From positions 96,001-160,000 of the forward strand of contig OZ245742.1 in NCBI GenBank assembly GCA_965227295.1: DNA of 64,000 nucleotides. Reading direction: 5' to 3'. The notes beneath the pieces were generated by a model. It did no database searches. It saw only the letters and a list, made by a program, of their open reading frames with translations, and had not been told where the DNA came from. A program made the translations under genes and the position numbers. Below, one piece after another: positions 1 to 9,542 of this stretch. Each line of letters opens with the position of its first letter. Position 1 is the stretch's first letter. The stretch comes from Leptonemataceae bacterium (GTDB taxonomy: Bacteria; Spirochaetota; Leptospiria; Leptospirales; Leptonemataceae).

Positions 1-685
1 TCAGCGCAACCTGTCGCGGTCGGCCCTGCAATTGCTACAACGCATCGAACGGCCCTCGGTCATCGCCGGACTGAGCCGTGAGGCTTTCCTCGAATACGCA
101 GAGGGATGCCGATTCAACGGCGCCCGCAAACTTGCGATCTATGAACGTTTAGTAGAGCATACGATTGTCGAAGAGCCCGGCGATATAGAGGAACGCGTGC
201 TGGAGATGCAGCACCTGGTGCAGATGATGATACTCCACGACATGCAGCTCCAGCAATTACAGGAGTCCATTGATGCCCTCTACGACTCCCATCCCATGGC
301 CGGCGTGTTTGATTCGATTCCGGGCGTGGCCGGAGACCTGCGCGTTCGCCTGCTGACGGCATTCGGCGACAATCTCAATCGTTTCCGGGACCATCGTGCT
401 GTGCAGGCGTTCGCCGGAACCGCGCCGATCACGATTCGTAGCGGCAAGCGCGAAGTCGTAACCATGCGCACCGGCTGCAACAAGGCGTTCCGGGATACGC
501 TCTACCAGCTCGCGTTCACGACGATGGGTCGCCTGCCGTGGGCGCGGGCCCATTACAATCGCCAGAAGGCCGCCGGCAAATCGCACTCAGCAGCACTGCG
601 CTCCCTCTCGAACAAATGGGTCCCGATCCTGTTTTCCATGTGGCGCGCGAGCGAAATCTACAGCGAAGACCGGCGGGCCGCATGA
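1..685 (+). mobile_element. IS110 family transposase, C-terminal part (5' end outside window)
   Basis: ORF 32..685 shows IS110/Transposase_20 hallmarks: SIPGV helix-hairpin, AFAGTAPITIRSGK (catalytic Ser region), GCNKAFRDTLY, YNRQKAAGKSHSAALRSLSNK. The N-terminal DEDD domain is not in the window. Confidence 0.9.
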
Positions 686-725
686 CCACCGCGTCGGAAT
701 TTTCTTGACGCGGCGACATAGTGAG
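686..725 (+). promoter_or_regulatory. IS110 right end with outward -35 box (TTGAC 705-709) and CATAG terminal motif
   Basis: Sequence cttgacgcggcgacatag lies just after the transposase stop. The hairpin ccgcgtc(689-695)/gacgcgg(707-713) overlaps it. Confidence 0.5.
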
Positions 726-750
726 CCCTCACGCGAAGAGTTGTAACATC

Positions 751-1446
751 ATGAAAATCATCCAGACTGTATTCCTCTTAATGTTTGCAGTAGGCCTCCC
801 GGGCTGCGGCGAGGATGCTCCGCCGTTTCGTCCCGAGGTCGCCGGTTTTTCCGAGCCTCGCGCCGGCATGTTGCCTTACTTCCAGGGCCGCGACATGAAT
901 CCCTACTGGCCGCCGGAAGACGCGGAGACACTGCCGGAAGACCTGCGGCGGCCGGCGAACTTCACGTTGCTCAGTCACAACGATGCAAAGTTTACTCCGG
1001 ATGATCTTAACGAAAAGTACACGATTCTGAACTTCTTTTTTACGCGCTGCCCGGGCATCTGTCCGCTGATCACCCGCAACGTGAAAAAGGTCTCGGCGCA
1101 GATTCCGAACCAGGCCGATCTTCAGTTCGTTTCGATTTCGGTCACGCCGGAATACGATCGCCCGCCGGAGATGCGCCAGTACCGCGAGGAACACCGCGTC
1201 TCCCAGGCAAACTGGCTCATGCTCACCGGCGAACGCGAACCCATCTACGAAATGGCGCGACTACAGTTCGGCGCCGACGTGCGCACCGACGTCGAAGAAT
1301 TCACGAGTCCCGAGGACTTCGTGCATACGGAGAACGTGTATCTACTGGATCGGCAGGGTTATTTGCGCGGGGTGTATCGCGCACGGGGCATGGGCGACCT
1401 GGAGCGATTGGTGCAGGAGCTGGAGGTTTTGCGGGGGAGTGAATGA
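751..1446 (+). CDS. SCO1/SenC family copper chaperone lipoprotein
   Basis: FFFTRCPGICP (CxxxC), ISVTPEYD, HTENVYLLDRQG motifs; lipobox LPGC. Confidence 0.92.
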   Translation: MKIIQTVFLLMFAVGLPGCGEDAPPFRPEVAGFSEPRAGMLPYFQGRDMNPYWPPEDAETLPEDLRRPANFTLLSHNDAKFTPDDLNEKYTILNFFFTRCPGICPLITRNVKKVSAQIPNQADLQFVSISVTPEYDRPPEMRQYREEHRVSQANWLMLTGEREPIYEMARLQFGADVRTDVEEFTSPEDFVHTENVYLLDRQGYLRGVYRARGMGDLERLVQELEVLRGSE

Positions 1447-1490
1447 TTCAAAAAGAGTGAGCATCCTCCAGCAGAGTTTTCCCGGCATCG

Positions 1491-1829
1491 CTATGAAACC
1501 ACGGACTTGCGTATCTCCGGTGAAAGGCTCTCGTTCCTCGTAGCAACACGGGGCCCGGGTTCGAACGCAAACACCAAGTCAACCTCCTCCGGAACGCGCC
1601 CAACAGGATAAACTGTGACGATAGAAGTCGGAATTGCGTCTATCACATGCGCACGCTGGGAATCAATAATGATACTACAGCTGCCGATCCAATCATTCAC
1701 GACGGACTTAACGGAGTCCTGGCTCGATGCAAGAAAGGGTGCAAGCATTACGGCCATACCGGCGGCAATTCGCCTCCCAGAAAATGCACCGAGAATCTGC
1801 TCTAGGATATTTTTTTGATTGCTATTCAC
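1491..1829 (-). CDS. hypothetical protein, possibly a truncated remnant, divergent from the 1875-6316 cassette
   Basis: 112-aa ORF with a hydrophobic stretch in the AT-richer region; no recognisable motif. Confidence 0.3.
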   Translation of the reverse strand: MNSNQKNILEQILGAFSGRRIAAGMAVMLAPFLASSQDSVKSVVNDWIGSCSIIIDSQRAHVIDAIPTSIVTVYPVGRVPEEVDLVFAFEPGPRVATRNESLSPEIRKSVVS

Positions 1830-1874
1830 AAGAAACTAGTGCCTAGAATGTTAAACTAGATCCGGAGCACTTGC

Positions 1875-4800
1875 ATGAGGCGCCACCCTAAAGCTAAAGC
1901 GACACTTCTGTCAATAATCATCTGCCTGGCAGGATTACAGCCCAACACGCTCCAGGCACAGGCACCGACCAGCCATGAAATCAATCACGAATGGACTAAT
2001 TTTCGAGCGGCGTATCCTTATCATGTACAAGTAATTGCCGTGAAAGAACGTCTTGCAGACGGCAGCTCACTCTTTATCCTCTCGGAGCCGCCACCTCACG
2101 TTACTCTGGATGGCTTGAAGCAAAGCGCCGGAGTAGAGCTCAGCAACCTCAACGTGCTGGACCATCGCATCGGGTACGATGGATTTCTCCGAGATATTGT
2201 CTTTACGGCAAGACCAGGGACGGGCAACAGCCTGACCACGTTCGTCAGTCGCCTTTCTATATACCTCTATGGCACATCTTACAAAGCAACATTTACCTCC
2301 CTCCCGATCAAGAATCAACAGAGAGGAAACGAACAGTTAGACCTCAGGATCTCGACGTTTGACCTAAAGCAGTGGTCAATTGATAGCAGCGAAAAGTTTG
2401 AACCTGTATTAGGTGGCCGCGCCAGCCCTGTGCAGACACTCCTGCAAGATCCTCGCCCCGGGGTATACCGGAGCGGGAAACCCGGCCTGATTCTCTGGGT
2501 AGTACCTCGAAATGCCAGGCTCGATCAGTATACGCAGGAAATTCGCCAATTCACGCTGGATTCCGATATCGTACTTGGTGCCATAGGAGGGAATCAGGCC
2601 ACTCTCATAGTCGGCCGCGAACGGGTCGCAGCCCTCGAAACTTTGCCTCCGCTGCGAACGGAAACTATCCTGCTGCTGGCGGCGGCGACCTCAAATGAAC
2701 TCGCGCAAAGCTACGAGCGAAACCACTTACTTTCCGGGAAGACAAGGGATGGGAACGATTGGGCACCAATCTACCTCAGCCCCGATTTGATCAATACGGA
2801 ATACGGCAGTCTGCTCAATATCACGGATCAGCTATTAAAGGGTTGGTCCATGAACGGCACAGTGCGATATATCAACTTCGACTACCCGCCCCCGAACACT
2901 GGCTGGCCTTTCCCGAAGCCCCTATCCCAATTGATCAAGGGTTCCAGTGTAACTTTCAACTGGAATACAAAGGGCGTCGGTTATACTGTGGAAGATGGTT
3001 CATATGCGTATTTTGCGCTCAATCGAACCGGCTCACTGCCGATGACTTACATCGCAGAGGAATCCGGCTCTTCTGAATATGATAAGCAAGGCTATGAGTA
3101 TTTTGCGACCCTCAGCGATCCCAATCTCGTGCGCGTAGTTCAGTATGCGGCGCTCTATCAGATATTCCGCCAATTCGATCTAAAGGCCGATACGCCCGGC
3201 ATTATGGGCAGGGGCGCACGGCGCTATCGAGACGCAAACGCTGCACTTGTTCAATCGACCAAGAACGCGCTCATTAAGATTCGCAATGCCAATGAACAGA
3301 TGCTGAAGCAAACGGCGAAGGAAATGGCGGCGGATGACCGTGCGATCCCGGACGACTTAATGCCGCACGTACTGAAGCCGCTTCTGATTTACGTCGGCAT
3401 GGAACAGTTGCGAGCGGAACATCCTGGCGCCACGGAAGAACAACTCTTTGCGACCGTTTCCGCAGCCGTCGACCAGTTATCAGCCGGGCAACTGAAGGAA
3501 ATGAGCGACGAATTGAATGAAAAGATGACCAAAGAACAGCAGCAAGAGCTACGCATGGCGTTCGTCGCGACTATGCTGCAAGCCTCTGTGAACTCTCTTC
3601 AGGAAAAGCTCAATCACCTACCTGGGCCTCTGTGGCCCGACGTAGCAGAAGATCTGGCACGAAACCTGATTAATCCCCGTGAAGAGATCGACACAACCCG
3701 GCTTCAGAAAGTCGCCGAAAGTGAGGACGCATCCGGCTTAGACCATGATACGATGGTCGATTTTGTAGCCGTGTGGATCTTGAACGAACCTTCAAGCCGC
3801 ATCATCGGCACTTTCGCAGATATCGACCGCGCCAAAGCAACATACGTAAAATACGGCCGGTCCGCTGAACAACCTGGATTCATCGTCACCCCGTCGATCG
3901 TCCAGTCCCGTGTAGACGCGAGCATGGCGGGCGCAGTCGGCGGACACAATCTGGATTCGGCAATCACCCGTTTTCGTCCCAGCACGCAAATTAGACGCGG
4001 TTCAGTGAAAATCACGGGCTCGAAGGAAGCCCCGGTCATACTATTCCATCCCGGCGACGCAAAAAAAGTTCAGGCACTTGTGGAGACCGCTGGCAAGCAG
4101 TCCACGGACCCGAATCTGGCCACAAACTTGCAACAAACGCTTAAAAACGCGCCAGTTGTAGGATTGAAACGAGAAGAAGCCCTGGCGCTTGCCGGACGAC
4201 CGGACCGATCGCGCGGGCTCCAGCATCCGAGCCTTGTCAAACTTGGTGACGACATGATTTCCGCTCCCGGGTGGAAACTTGACGTAACGTCACTAAATTC
4301 AGAGGACCGAAACCTGATCAAGGCGATGAACACTTCGTACAATCCAGCGATCGTCGTCCGGAAGAGCAAAGGTGGTACATACGAGGTATTGATGCCGAAC
4401 ACGGATGCAACGATCCGTGTAGGGAATGTCGTGGACCTCTCCGACGCTCTATCGTACACAATTTTCAGGGACACGGACGGCACACGCCCGCTTCACCTTT
4501 CGACAATCGGTTTTTCGGAAGATGAGACCCGCGCGCTCGCTCATACTACGAGCCTACGATTGGAAGCCGCCCGTGACCGCCGAAACGCGAGCGCGTTCTT
4601 CAGCAAATTCGACGAACACATGCCTCCAGGCAAGCAGGCTTCGCCGCGTGCTTTCATAGAAGGCCGGTTCGACTTCGCACACCTGGAAATTTCGAAGCCG
4701 GTCAAGAGTCAGGTCATCTCCACCGGGCCGCGTAGCGGTCAGTACAGTGTCGATGTAGTCGCCAAAATTCCCATCAGCCACGCCGGGAACTCCACACCCT

Positions 4801-5066
4801 TCCAGGTGCAGATTGCGGTCTTCTTCAAGAACGTAGTTTCCAATAGCATTGTAGAGAAAATTCAGACTCTGATTCGGCAGACTTTCAGTAGAGCCGCCGC
4901 ACAGAAGCTTTCCAACGACGCTACCATGCAGGCCCTGGAGACAGACTTACGGCAGGCTGGCCTCGACGCGGAAATCAGGGCCCAGGGAGAGCAATTCGAT
5001 TCCTTCTTCGTTCGGTTCAAACAGGTTGAGCATGAGTCTAGCAACTACGCTTACGCGTCCCGATAA
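1875..5066 (+). CDS. large exported hypothetical protein (1063 aa)
   Basis: Long ORF with Sec-type N-terminus (MRRHPKAKATLLSIIICLAGLQPNTLQAQA), a globular N-half, a central helical region and a globular C-part. No family recognised. Confidence 0.85.
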   Translation: MRRHPKAKATLLSIIICLAGLQPNTLQAQAPTSHEINHEWTNFRAAYPYHVQVIAVKERLADGSSLFILSEPPPHVTLDGLKQSAGVELSNLNVLDHRIGYDGFLRDIVFTARPGTGNSLTTFVSRLSIYLYGTSYKATFTSLPIKNQQRGNEQLDLRISTFDLKQWSIDSSEKFEPVLGGRASPVQTLLQDPRPGVYRSGKPGLILWVVPRNARLDQYTQEIRQFTLDSDIVLGAIGGNQATLIVGRERVAALETLPPLRTETILLLAAATSNELAQSYERNHLLSGKTRDGNDWAPIYLSPDLINTEYGSLLNITDQLLKGWSMNGTVRYINFDYPPPNTGWPFPKPLSQLIKGSSVTFNWNTKGVGYTVEDGSYAYFALNRTGSLPMTYIAEESGSSEYDKQGYEYFATLSDPNLVRVVQYAALYQIFRQFDLKADTPGIMGRGARRYRDANAALVQSTKNALIKIRNANEQMLKQTAKEMAADDRAIPDDLMPHVLKPLLIYVGMEQLRAEHPGATEEQLFATVSAAVDQLSAGQLKEMSDELNEKMTKEQQQELRMAFVATMLQASVNSLQEKLNHLPGPLWPDVAEDLARNLINPREEIDTTRLQKVAESEDASGLDHDTMVDFVAVWILNEPSSRIIGTFADIDRAKATYVKYGRSAEQPGFIVTPSIVQSRVDASMAGAVGGHNLDSAITRFRPSTQIRRGSVKITGSKEAPVILFHPGDAKKVQALVETAGKQSTDPNLATNLQQTLKNAPVVGLKREEALALAGRPDRSRGLQHPSLVKLGDDMISAPGWKLDVTSLNSEDRNLIKAMNTSYNPAIVVRKSKGGTYEVLMPNTDATIRVGNVVDLSDALSYTIFRDTDGTRPLHLSTIGFSEDETRALAHTTSLRLEAARDRRNASAFFSKFDEHMPPGKQASPRAFIEGRFDFAHLEISKPVKSQVISTGPRSGQYSVDVVAKIPISHAGNSTPFQVQIAVFFKNVVSNSIVEKIQTLIRQTFSRAAAQKLSNDATMQALETDLRQAGLDAEIRAQGEQFDSFFVRFKQVEHESSNYAYASR

Positions 5067-6021
5067 GATCCTCATCGCCTGCGCGATACCTTTTACGCGA
5101 GATCAATTTTTTAAAGATCTACACCCAGGAAGCATACGGGATTTCGCAAAGCACATCGATCGCGTCTCGAATTATGAAGGCGAGGATCTCTGGAACTACT
5201 ATTACGATTCGACGTTGAGCAAGGTTGAGAACGTGCTGTCGGAAGCCGAACAAAAAGGAGTAACCGTCCTACGAAGCGTCAGTCGCGGAGACCTGGCGCA
5301 CATTTTCGATGCGCATGACGTGGTAGTCTTTCTGACCCACTTCAAAGGAGCGAGCTTTATCCCCGATGACTTTCACGATCCGGAGAGGTTTGCCTCCCGT
5401 CTCGCGGAGGTTCAGGACCCGGTCTGCCGAAAAATACGAGCAGGAATCGTTACGAGTCGTCTCACGCAGTTGAAGGCCAAGGCCGCGCGAACGAAGTTTG
5501 CGGACGAACTTACGAAACTCTGTGCACGCGAAGCTATCTTTCTGGAGATCGAGCCGCATCTACCCGAACAAAACTTCACAGACAACCTCCTTTACCTGAA
5601 TCGGATCGCACTGGAACGCCATTTCGTCGGCGAACTCCGACCCGGAGGCGTCGTGGACCTCTCGGACGGCGCCTGCGCTCCTCTTGAATTCGCACAAAAC
5701 CTTCCCGTAGCAAAGCCGGGCATCCTCGATCTGACAATCTGCGAGTCGTATATATTGGGGCAGGCAATCAAGGGTCATCATCCAGGCACTTTGGTCTTGG
5801 TGAATGAGAAACCTGCGACCATCGTGTACAGAATGATTTTCTTTAAGCACTTGCTAGACGAACTTTCAAAAAGAGGCGCGAACTATGCACTGCGGCACTT
5901 AGAAATGCGAAAAGAACTAACACGGAGGATCAACCTTGAAAAGTCTGGATTCTTTGCTTCGAGAATACTCAAGTGGATCGGTAACTGCTGGCGGCGGTGG
6001 ACCACGAAAGTCTCTAAGTGA
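5032..6021 (+). CDS. putative CHAT/caspase-like (clan CD) protease-domain protein
   Basis: DVVVFLTHFKG (His codon 5338-5340), GVVDLSDG and ILDLTICES (Cys codon 5740-5742) follow the CHAT pattern H..H-G / l.dg / LsaCes. Overlaps the upstream ORF. Confidence 0.6.
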   Translation: MSLATTLTRPDKILIACAIPFTRDQFFKDLHPGSIRDFAKHIDRVSNYEGEDLWNYYYDSTLSKVENVLSEAEQKGVTVLRSVSRGDLAHIFDAHDVVVFLTHFKGASFIPDDFHDPERFASRLAEVQDPVCRKIRAGIVTSRLTQLKAKAARTKFADELTKLCAREAIFLEIEPHLPEQNFTDNLLYLNRIALERHFVGELRPGGVVDLSDGACAPLEFAQNLPVAKPGILDLTICESYILGQAIKGHHPGTLVLVNEKPATIVYRMIFFKHLLDELSKRGANYALRHLEMRKELTRRINLEKSGFFASRILKWIGNCWRRWTTKVSK

Positions 6022-6316
6022 CTTTGCCGAAGAAGTCCGAAAGAGCAAACGCGCCAATGCCTTAAGATATTACGTCCTCCTCGGGCTGTTCACTGTAGTG
6101 CTCATCGGGCTGGTCATATTTGTGGCCATTACTGGTTCCAATCCGCATCAACTGGCCATAACGGGTGGTACCGGCGGGATTGGAATCGGCGTGGTATTGC
6201 GATACATATTGAAACTGAATACCGAGCTAACAAACTACGATACGCTACTCACGCTTTCCCTGAAAACGTCTGACAGCACCCTGCAAAGTGTCATTGACAA
6301 CCTGTCAAAAAAATAA
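5936..6316 (+). CDS. small two-transmembrane-helix protein
   Basis: TTG start with GGAGG at 5924-5928; two hydrophobic segments (YYVLLGLFTVVLIGLVIFVAI; LAITGGTGGIGIGVVLRYIL) and a C-terminal helix. Confidence 0.75.
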   Translation: MKSLDSLLREYSSGSVTAGGGGPRKSLSDFAEEVRKSKRANALRYYVLLGLFTVVLIGLVIFVAITGSNPHQLAITGGTGGIGIGVVLRYILKLNTELTNYDTLLTLSLKTSDSTLQSVIDNLSKK

Positions 6317-6327
6317 ACATGTGCCCC

Positions 6328-7599
6328 TCACCCCGCCCAGATCACCACCAACGCCTGCAACCAGCCCACAAACGCGCCCAGCACGCCGCCGACGAGGATC
6401 AGCAGCCACTCATCCTCACGAAAGGCCCCGCGCAGAATCTCTTCGAATTCGTTCGGCGGCAGCGCATTTAAGCGCTCGCGCATCGTAGCTTCCACTGCTA
6501 AACTATCAGCAAGATACGGCTTAAGCAACACATAGGCCTCCGGGGCGAGTTCGGCAATGCGGCGCACGGCGTGTTCACGGATGCGGTGATACTCCTCCGG
6601 GCCGGCGGTCAGTCGGATCATCGGCTTCGCCACGCCGGCGAAACGATCCACGCTTTCGTGGACACAGCTCTCTACGATTTCGAACACGCGCTCCTTACCG
6701 TTGCCGCGATACAGCTCCTGTAAGACCCGGCGGCTGTTCAGAATTTTTTCGGCGGTGAAGTGCGCCATCTCACGGGAGACATCCGGCTGGCGTTTGAGAA
6801 ACATGCCCTGCCATTCAACGTCGCCGAAGCGCCGCGGTTCCAGCGGGCGAAAGATCATGCGAATGGCCAGCCAGTTCGTGGCGAAACCGACGAAGGCGCC
6901 GGCCAGGGGCAGGGTCCACCAGGCCGGAAACAAAAGCCACAACACGATTTGCAGCGCGCCGAAGACGCAGCCGAAGTAAAAGCCTGCGGTTTCAATGAAC
7001 TTCAACTCCGGGCTGCCCACGCGTTCGAAGAGGTCCACCATGTTGCGGACCCGCGGCCCGGTGAGTCCGCGGTAAACGACGTCACCCACGTGAAAGACGT
7101 CATCGAGTTCTTTTTTGATCTTACGAACGATTTCCTCAAACGCGCGCATACTTTCTTTGCGAGCCTGGGCGATCATCGCTTCCTGAACGGTCGGCGGCGT
7201 GAGCACGCGAATGAGCGGATGCATGTGATCCATAACCGTGCGAATCAACGCGGGAATTTCACGATCCAGCAGCGGGCCAAGGAGTTCGCCGACAGTGCGT
7301 CCGTTCACGTTCGCGGCCAGCTCACGAAAACTCAGAAGCCGGCCGGTGATCAGCTCCACCGATCGTTCGGCCATCTTACGCGCCTTGCGCGGGATGATGC
7401 CCTGCCAGCCCAGGTACGGCGGAATGCCGACAAACTTTACGGGATAGAAAGTCATGCGCAGAGCGACCACGTTCGTCAACCAGCCGGCGAAGCCGTAGGT
7501 CAGCGGCATGAGCAAAAGCGCCAGGATATAAACCGAAGTCGTCACGCGGAGCACCGACGTTCGTTTTTCTGCGAACTTTCGTAAACAGTTTTTCTCCAA
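6328..7599 (-). CDS. DUF445 family membrane protein
   Basis: Two repeats of GW.TN.lAlrM.F.P...G...WQG.; C-terminal FREDEWLLILVGGVLG. Start codon uncertain. Confidence 0.88.
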   Translation of the reverse strand: MEKNCLRKFAEKRTSVLRVTTSVYILALLLMPLTYGFAGWLTNVVALRMTFYPVKFVGIPPYLGWQGIIPRKARKMAERSVELITGRLLSFRELAANVNGRTVGELLGPLLDREIPALIRTVMDHMHPLIRVLTPPTVQEAMIAQARKESMRAFEEIVRKIKKELDDVFHVGDVVYRGLTGPRVRNMVDLFERVGSPELKFIETAGFYFGCVFGALQIVLWLLFPAWWTLPLAGAFVGFATNWLAIRMIFRPLEPRRFGDVEWQGMFLKRQPDVSREMAHFTAEKILNSRRVLQELYRGNGKERVFEIVESCVHESVDRFAGVAKPMIRLTAGPEEYHRIREHAVRRIAELAPEAYVLLKPYLADSLAVEATMRERLNALPPNEFEEILRGAFREDEWLLILVGGVLGAFVGWLQALVVIWAG

Positions 7600-7667
7600 A
7601 TCAAGGCGGCCTTTCTCTTGCGCATCTTTGGAACGCGCTTAAGTTTTGCCCGAGGAGAGTCATTCCC

Positions 7668-9542
7668 ATGGTATACATTCAAAGCACCGGAACCTTTCTC
7701 CCCGGCGAACCCGTGGACAACGCGACTATGGAAGCGCGCCTCGGTACCATCGGCGGCAAGGCCTCGCGTCTCAAAGAACGCATCCTCAAACAAAACGGCA
7801 TCCGCACCCGTCACTACGCCATTGCCGGCGACAATCAAACTTCGCAGTACCGCAATTCCGAGATGGCGGCCCATGCCATTCGCAACGCCCTGTCCCAATC
7901 CACCGTGGGCCTGGAAGACATCCAGTACCTCTCCGTGGCCACGTCTCAGGGCGACCTGCCCCTGCCCGGCTTCGCGTCGATGGTCCACGGCGAGTTGGGT
8001 AATCCCTCGTGCGAGATTTCCACATCCCACGGTATTTGCGCGAGCGGCATGGCCGCACTGAAGAACGCCTTCGTGCAAATCAAGGCCGGAGAGAAAAGCA
8101 ACGCCGTCGTATGCGCCAGCGAATTTGCGAGCCGTCTGTTGAAAGGATCGCGCTACGAACACCAGGCAGCGTATCGCCAAAGCGGCAAGATTCCTTTCGA
8201 TACCGAGTTTCTGCGCTGGATGTTATCCGACGGTGCCGGCGCCTTCGTACTCACCGACCGGCCGGCGGAGCGCGGGCTTTCGATTAAGATTGATTGGCTG
8301 GAACTTAAAAGTTACGCCGACCGCCACGAAGTCTGCATGTTCATCGGCGGCAACAAGAACGGCACCGGCCGGGTGGAGAAATCCTGGCTCGATTACGCGA
8401 GCTACCAGGAATCCGTGGACGACGGTTCCATGAATCTCAAGCAGGATGTGCGCATTCTCGACAACGTGGTCCGCGTGGGCGTGGACTTCTTCTTTGAGCT
8501 GATCGAAGCCGGGCGTATGCAGCCGTCGGAGCTGGACTGGATTGCCTGCCACTATTCCTCGCACGTCTTTCGCGGTAAGATCTTCGAACTGCTGGCAAAA
8601 GGCGGCGTGCACATTCCCGAAGAACGCTGGTTCTCGAATCTATACACGAAAGGCAACACCGGTTCCGCTTCGATCTTCATCATGCTCGACGAACTCTTTC
8701 GCTCCGGCAGGCTGCGGCCGGGACAGAAGATCCTGGCCATGGTTCCCGAGAGCGGGCGCTTCATCGCCTCGTACATGTTGCTCACCGTCGTCGACGGCAA
8801 TCAGGCGGCGCGCGCAACCACCAGTGGCGTAACGATCCCGGAACCGGCGGCGCCGCGGTTGAACGTGAAGAACGGCGACGCGATCGTCGAATCCCTGGTG
8901 CGCCGACTCACGCGGGTGTGGATCGACTTCGAAAGCCGTCTGAATCAAACGCCCATCGTCGCGAAGCTAAATACCGGTAACTTTACGTTAGAAGATTACC
9001 GACGCCTGCTCTTCAACATGCGCCAACAGGTGATGGAGGGCGCACGCTGGATCGCCCGGGCGGCGTCCGGCATTACCATCGAGGCGTTTCCATTACGATC
9101 GCTGTTCATCGCCCACGCCGGCGACGAGCACCGGGACTATCAAATGCTGGAACGCAACTACGTCGCCGCCGGCGGCCGCCGGGAAGACATCGTCGCCGGT
9201 GAAAAGAACATCGGCTCCGAGGCGCTCTCCGCCTGGATGTTTCATCGCGCGAGCCGCGAGAACCCGTTTGATTTGCTCGGGGCGATGTTCATCATCGAGG
9301 GTCTGGGCACGCGCATGGCCCATCGCTGGGGAACGATGATCCGCGATCAGCTCGGCCTGGACGATGAGGCGGTCTCGTTTTTATTGTACCACGGCGCGAA
9401 CGACGAAAATCACTTCGAACGATTGGAAGAAGCCCTGGACTCCGGGCTGCTGTCCGAAGCACTGGCCGACCAGATCGTAAAGACGGCTAAAGTTACGGCA
9501 AGATTATATTTGCTGCAACTGGAAGAGCTGGATAATGTTTAA
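7668..9542 (+). CDS. StlD/DarB-type KAS III ketosynthase fused to heme-oxygenase-like (TenA/PqqC fold) iron-redox domain
   Basis: N-part: HGICASG (Cys), HYSSH, GNTGSAS, FLRWMLSDGAGA, VPESGRF. C-part: QQVMEG, HAGDEH, FIIEG, YHGANDENH metal-ligand-type motifs. Confidence 0.85.
   Translation: MVYIQSTGTFLPGEPVDNATMEARLGTIGGKASRLKERILKQNGIRTRHYAIAGDNQTSQYRNSEMAAHAIRNALSQSTVGLEDIQYLSVATSQGDLPLPGFASMVHGELGNPSCEISTSHGICASGMAALKNAFVQIKAGEKSNAVVCASEFASRLLKGSRYEHQAAYRQSGKIPFDTEFLRWMLSDGAGAFVLTDRPAERGLSIKIDWLELKSYADRHEVCMFIGGNKNGTGRVEKSWLDYASYQESVDDGSMNLKQDVRILDNVVRVGVDFFFELIEAGRMQPSELDWIACHYSSHVFRGKIFELLAKGGVHIPEERWFSNLYTKGNTGSASIFIMLDELFRSGRLRPGQKILAMVPESGRFIASYMLLTVVDGNQAARATTSGVTIPEPAAPRLNVKNGDAIVESLVRRLTRVWIDFESRLNQTPIVAKLNTGNFTLEDYRRLLFNMRQQVMEGARWIARAASGITIEAFPLRSLFIAHAGDEHRDYQMLERNYVAAGGRREDIVAGEKNIGSEALSAWMFHRASRENPFDLLGAMFIIEGLGTRMAHRWGTMIRDQLGLDDEAVSFLLYHGANDENHFERLEEALDSGLLSEALADQIVKTAKVTARLYLLQLEELDNV

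Noticed and set aside
1836-1860. Three CTAG tetramers clustered upstream of the 1063-aa gene
   Set aside because: No IS ends or longer repeat nearby; may be chance in AT-rich promoter DNA.
6701-7584. Long antisense or alternate-frame ORFs here and throughout (e.g. 9732-10580, 26631-27566, 38029-39129, 59583-60524, 61977-63023)
   Set aside because: They are shadow ORFs of well-supported genes in GC-rich DNA, Arg/Ala/Gly-biased and without motifs.
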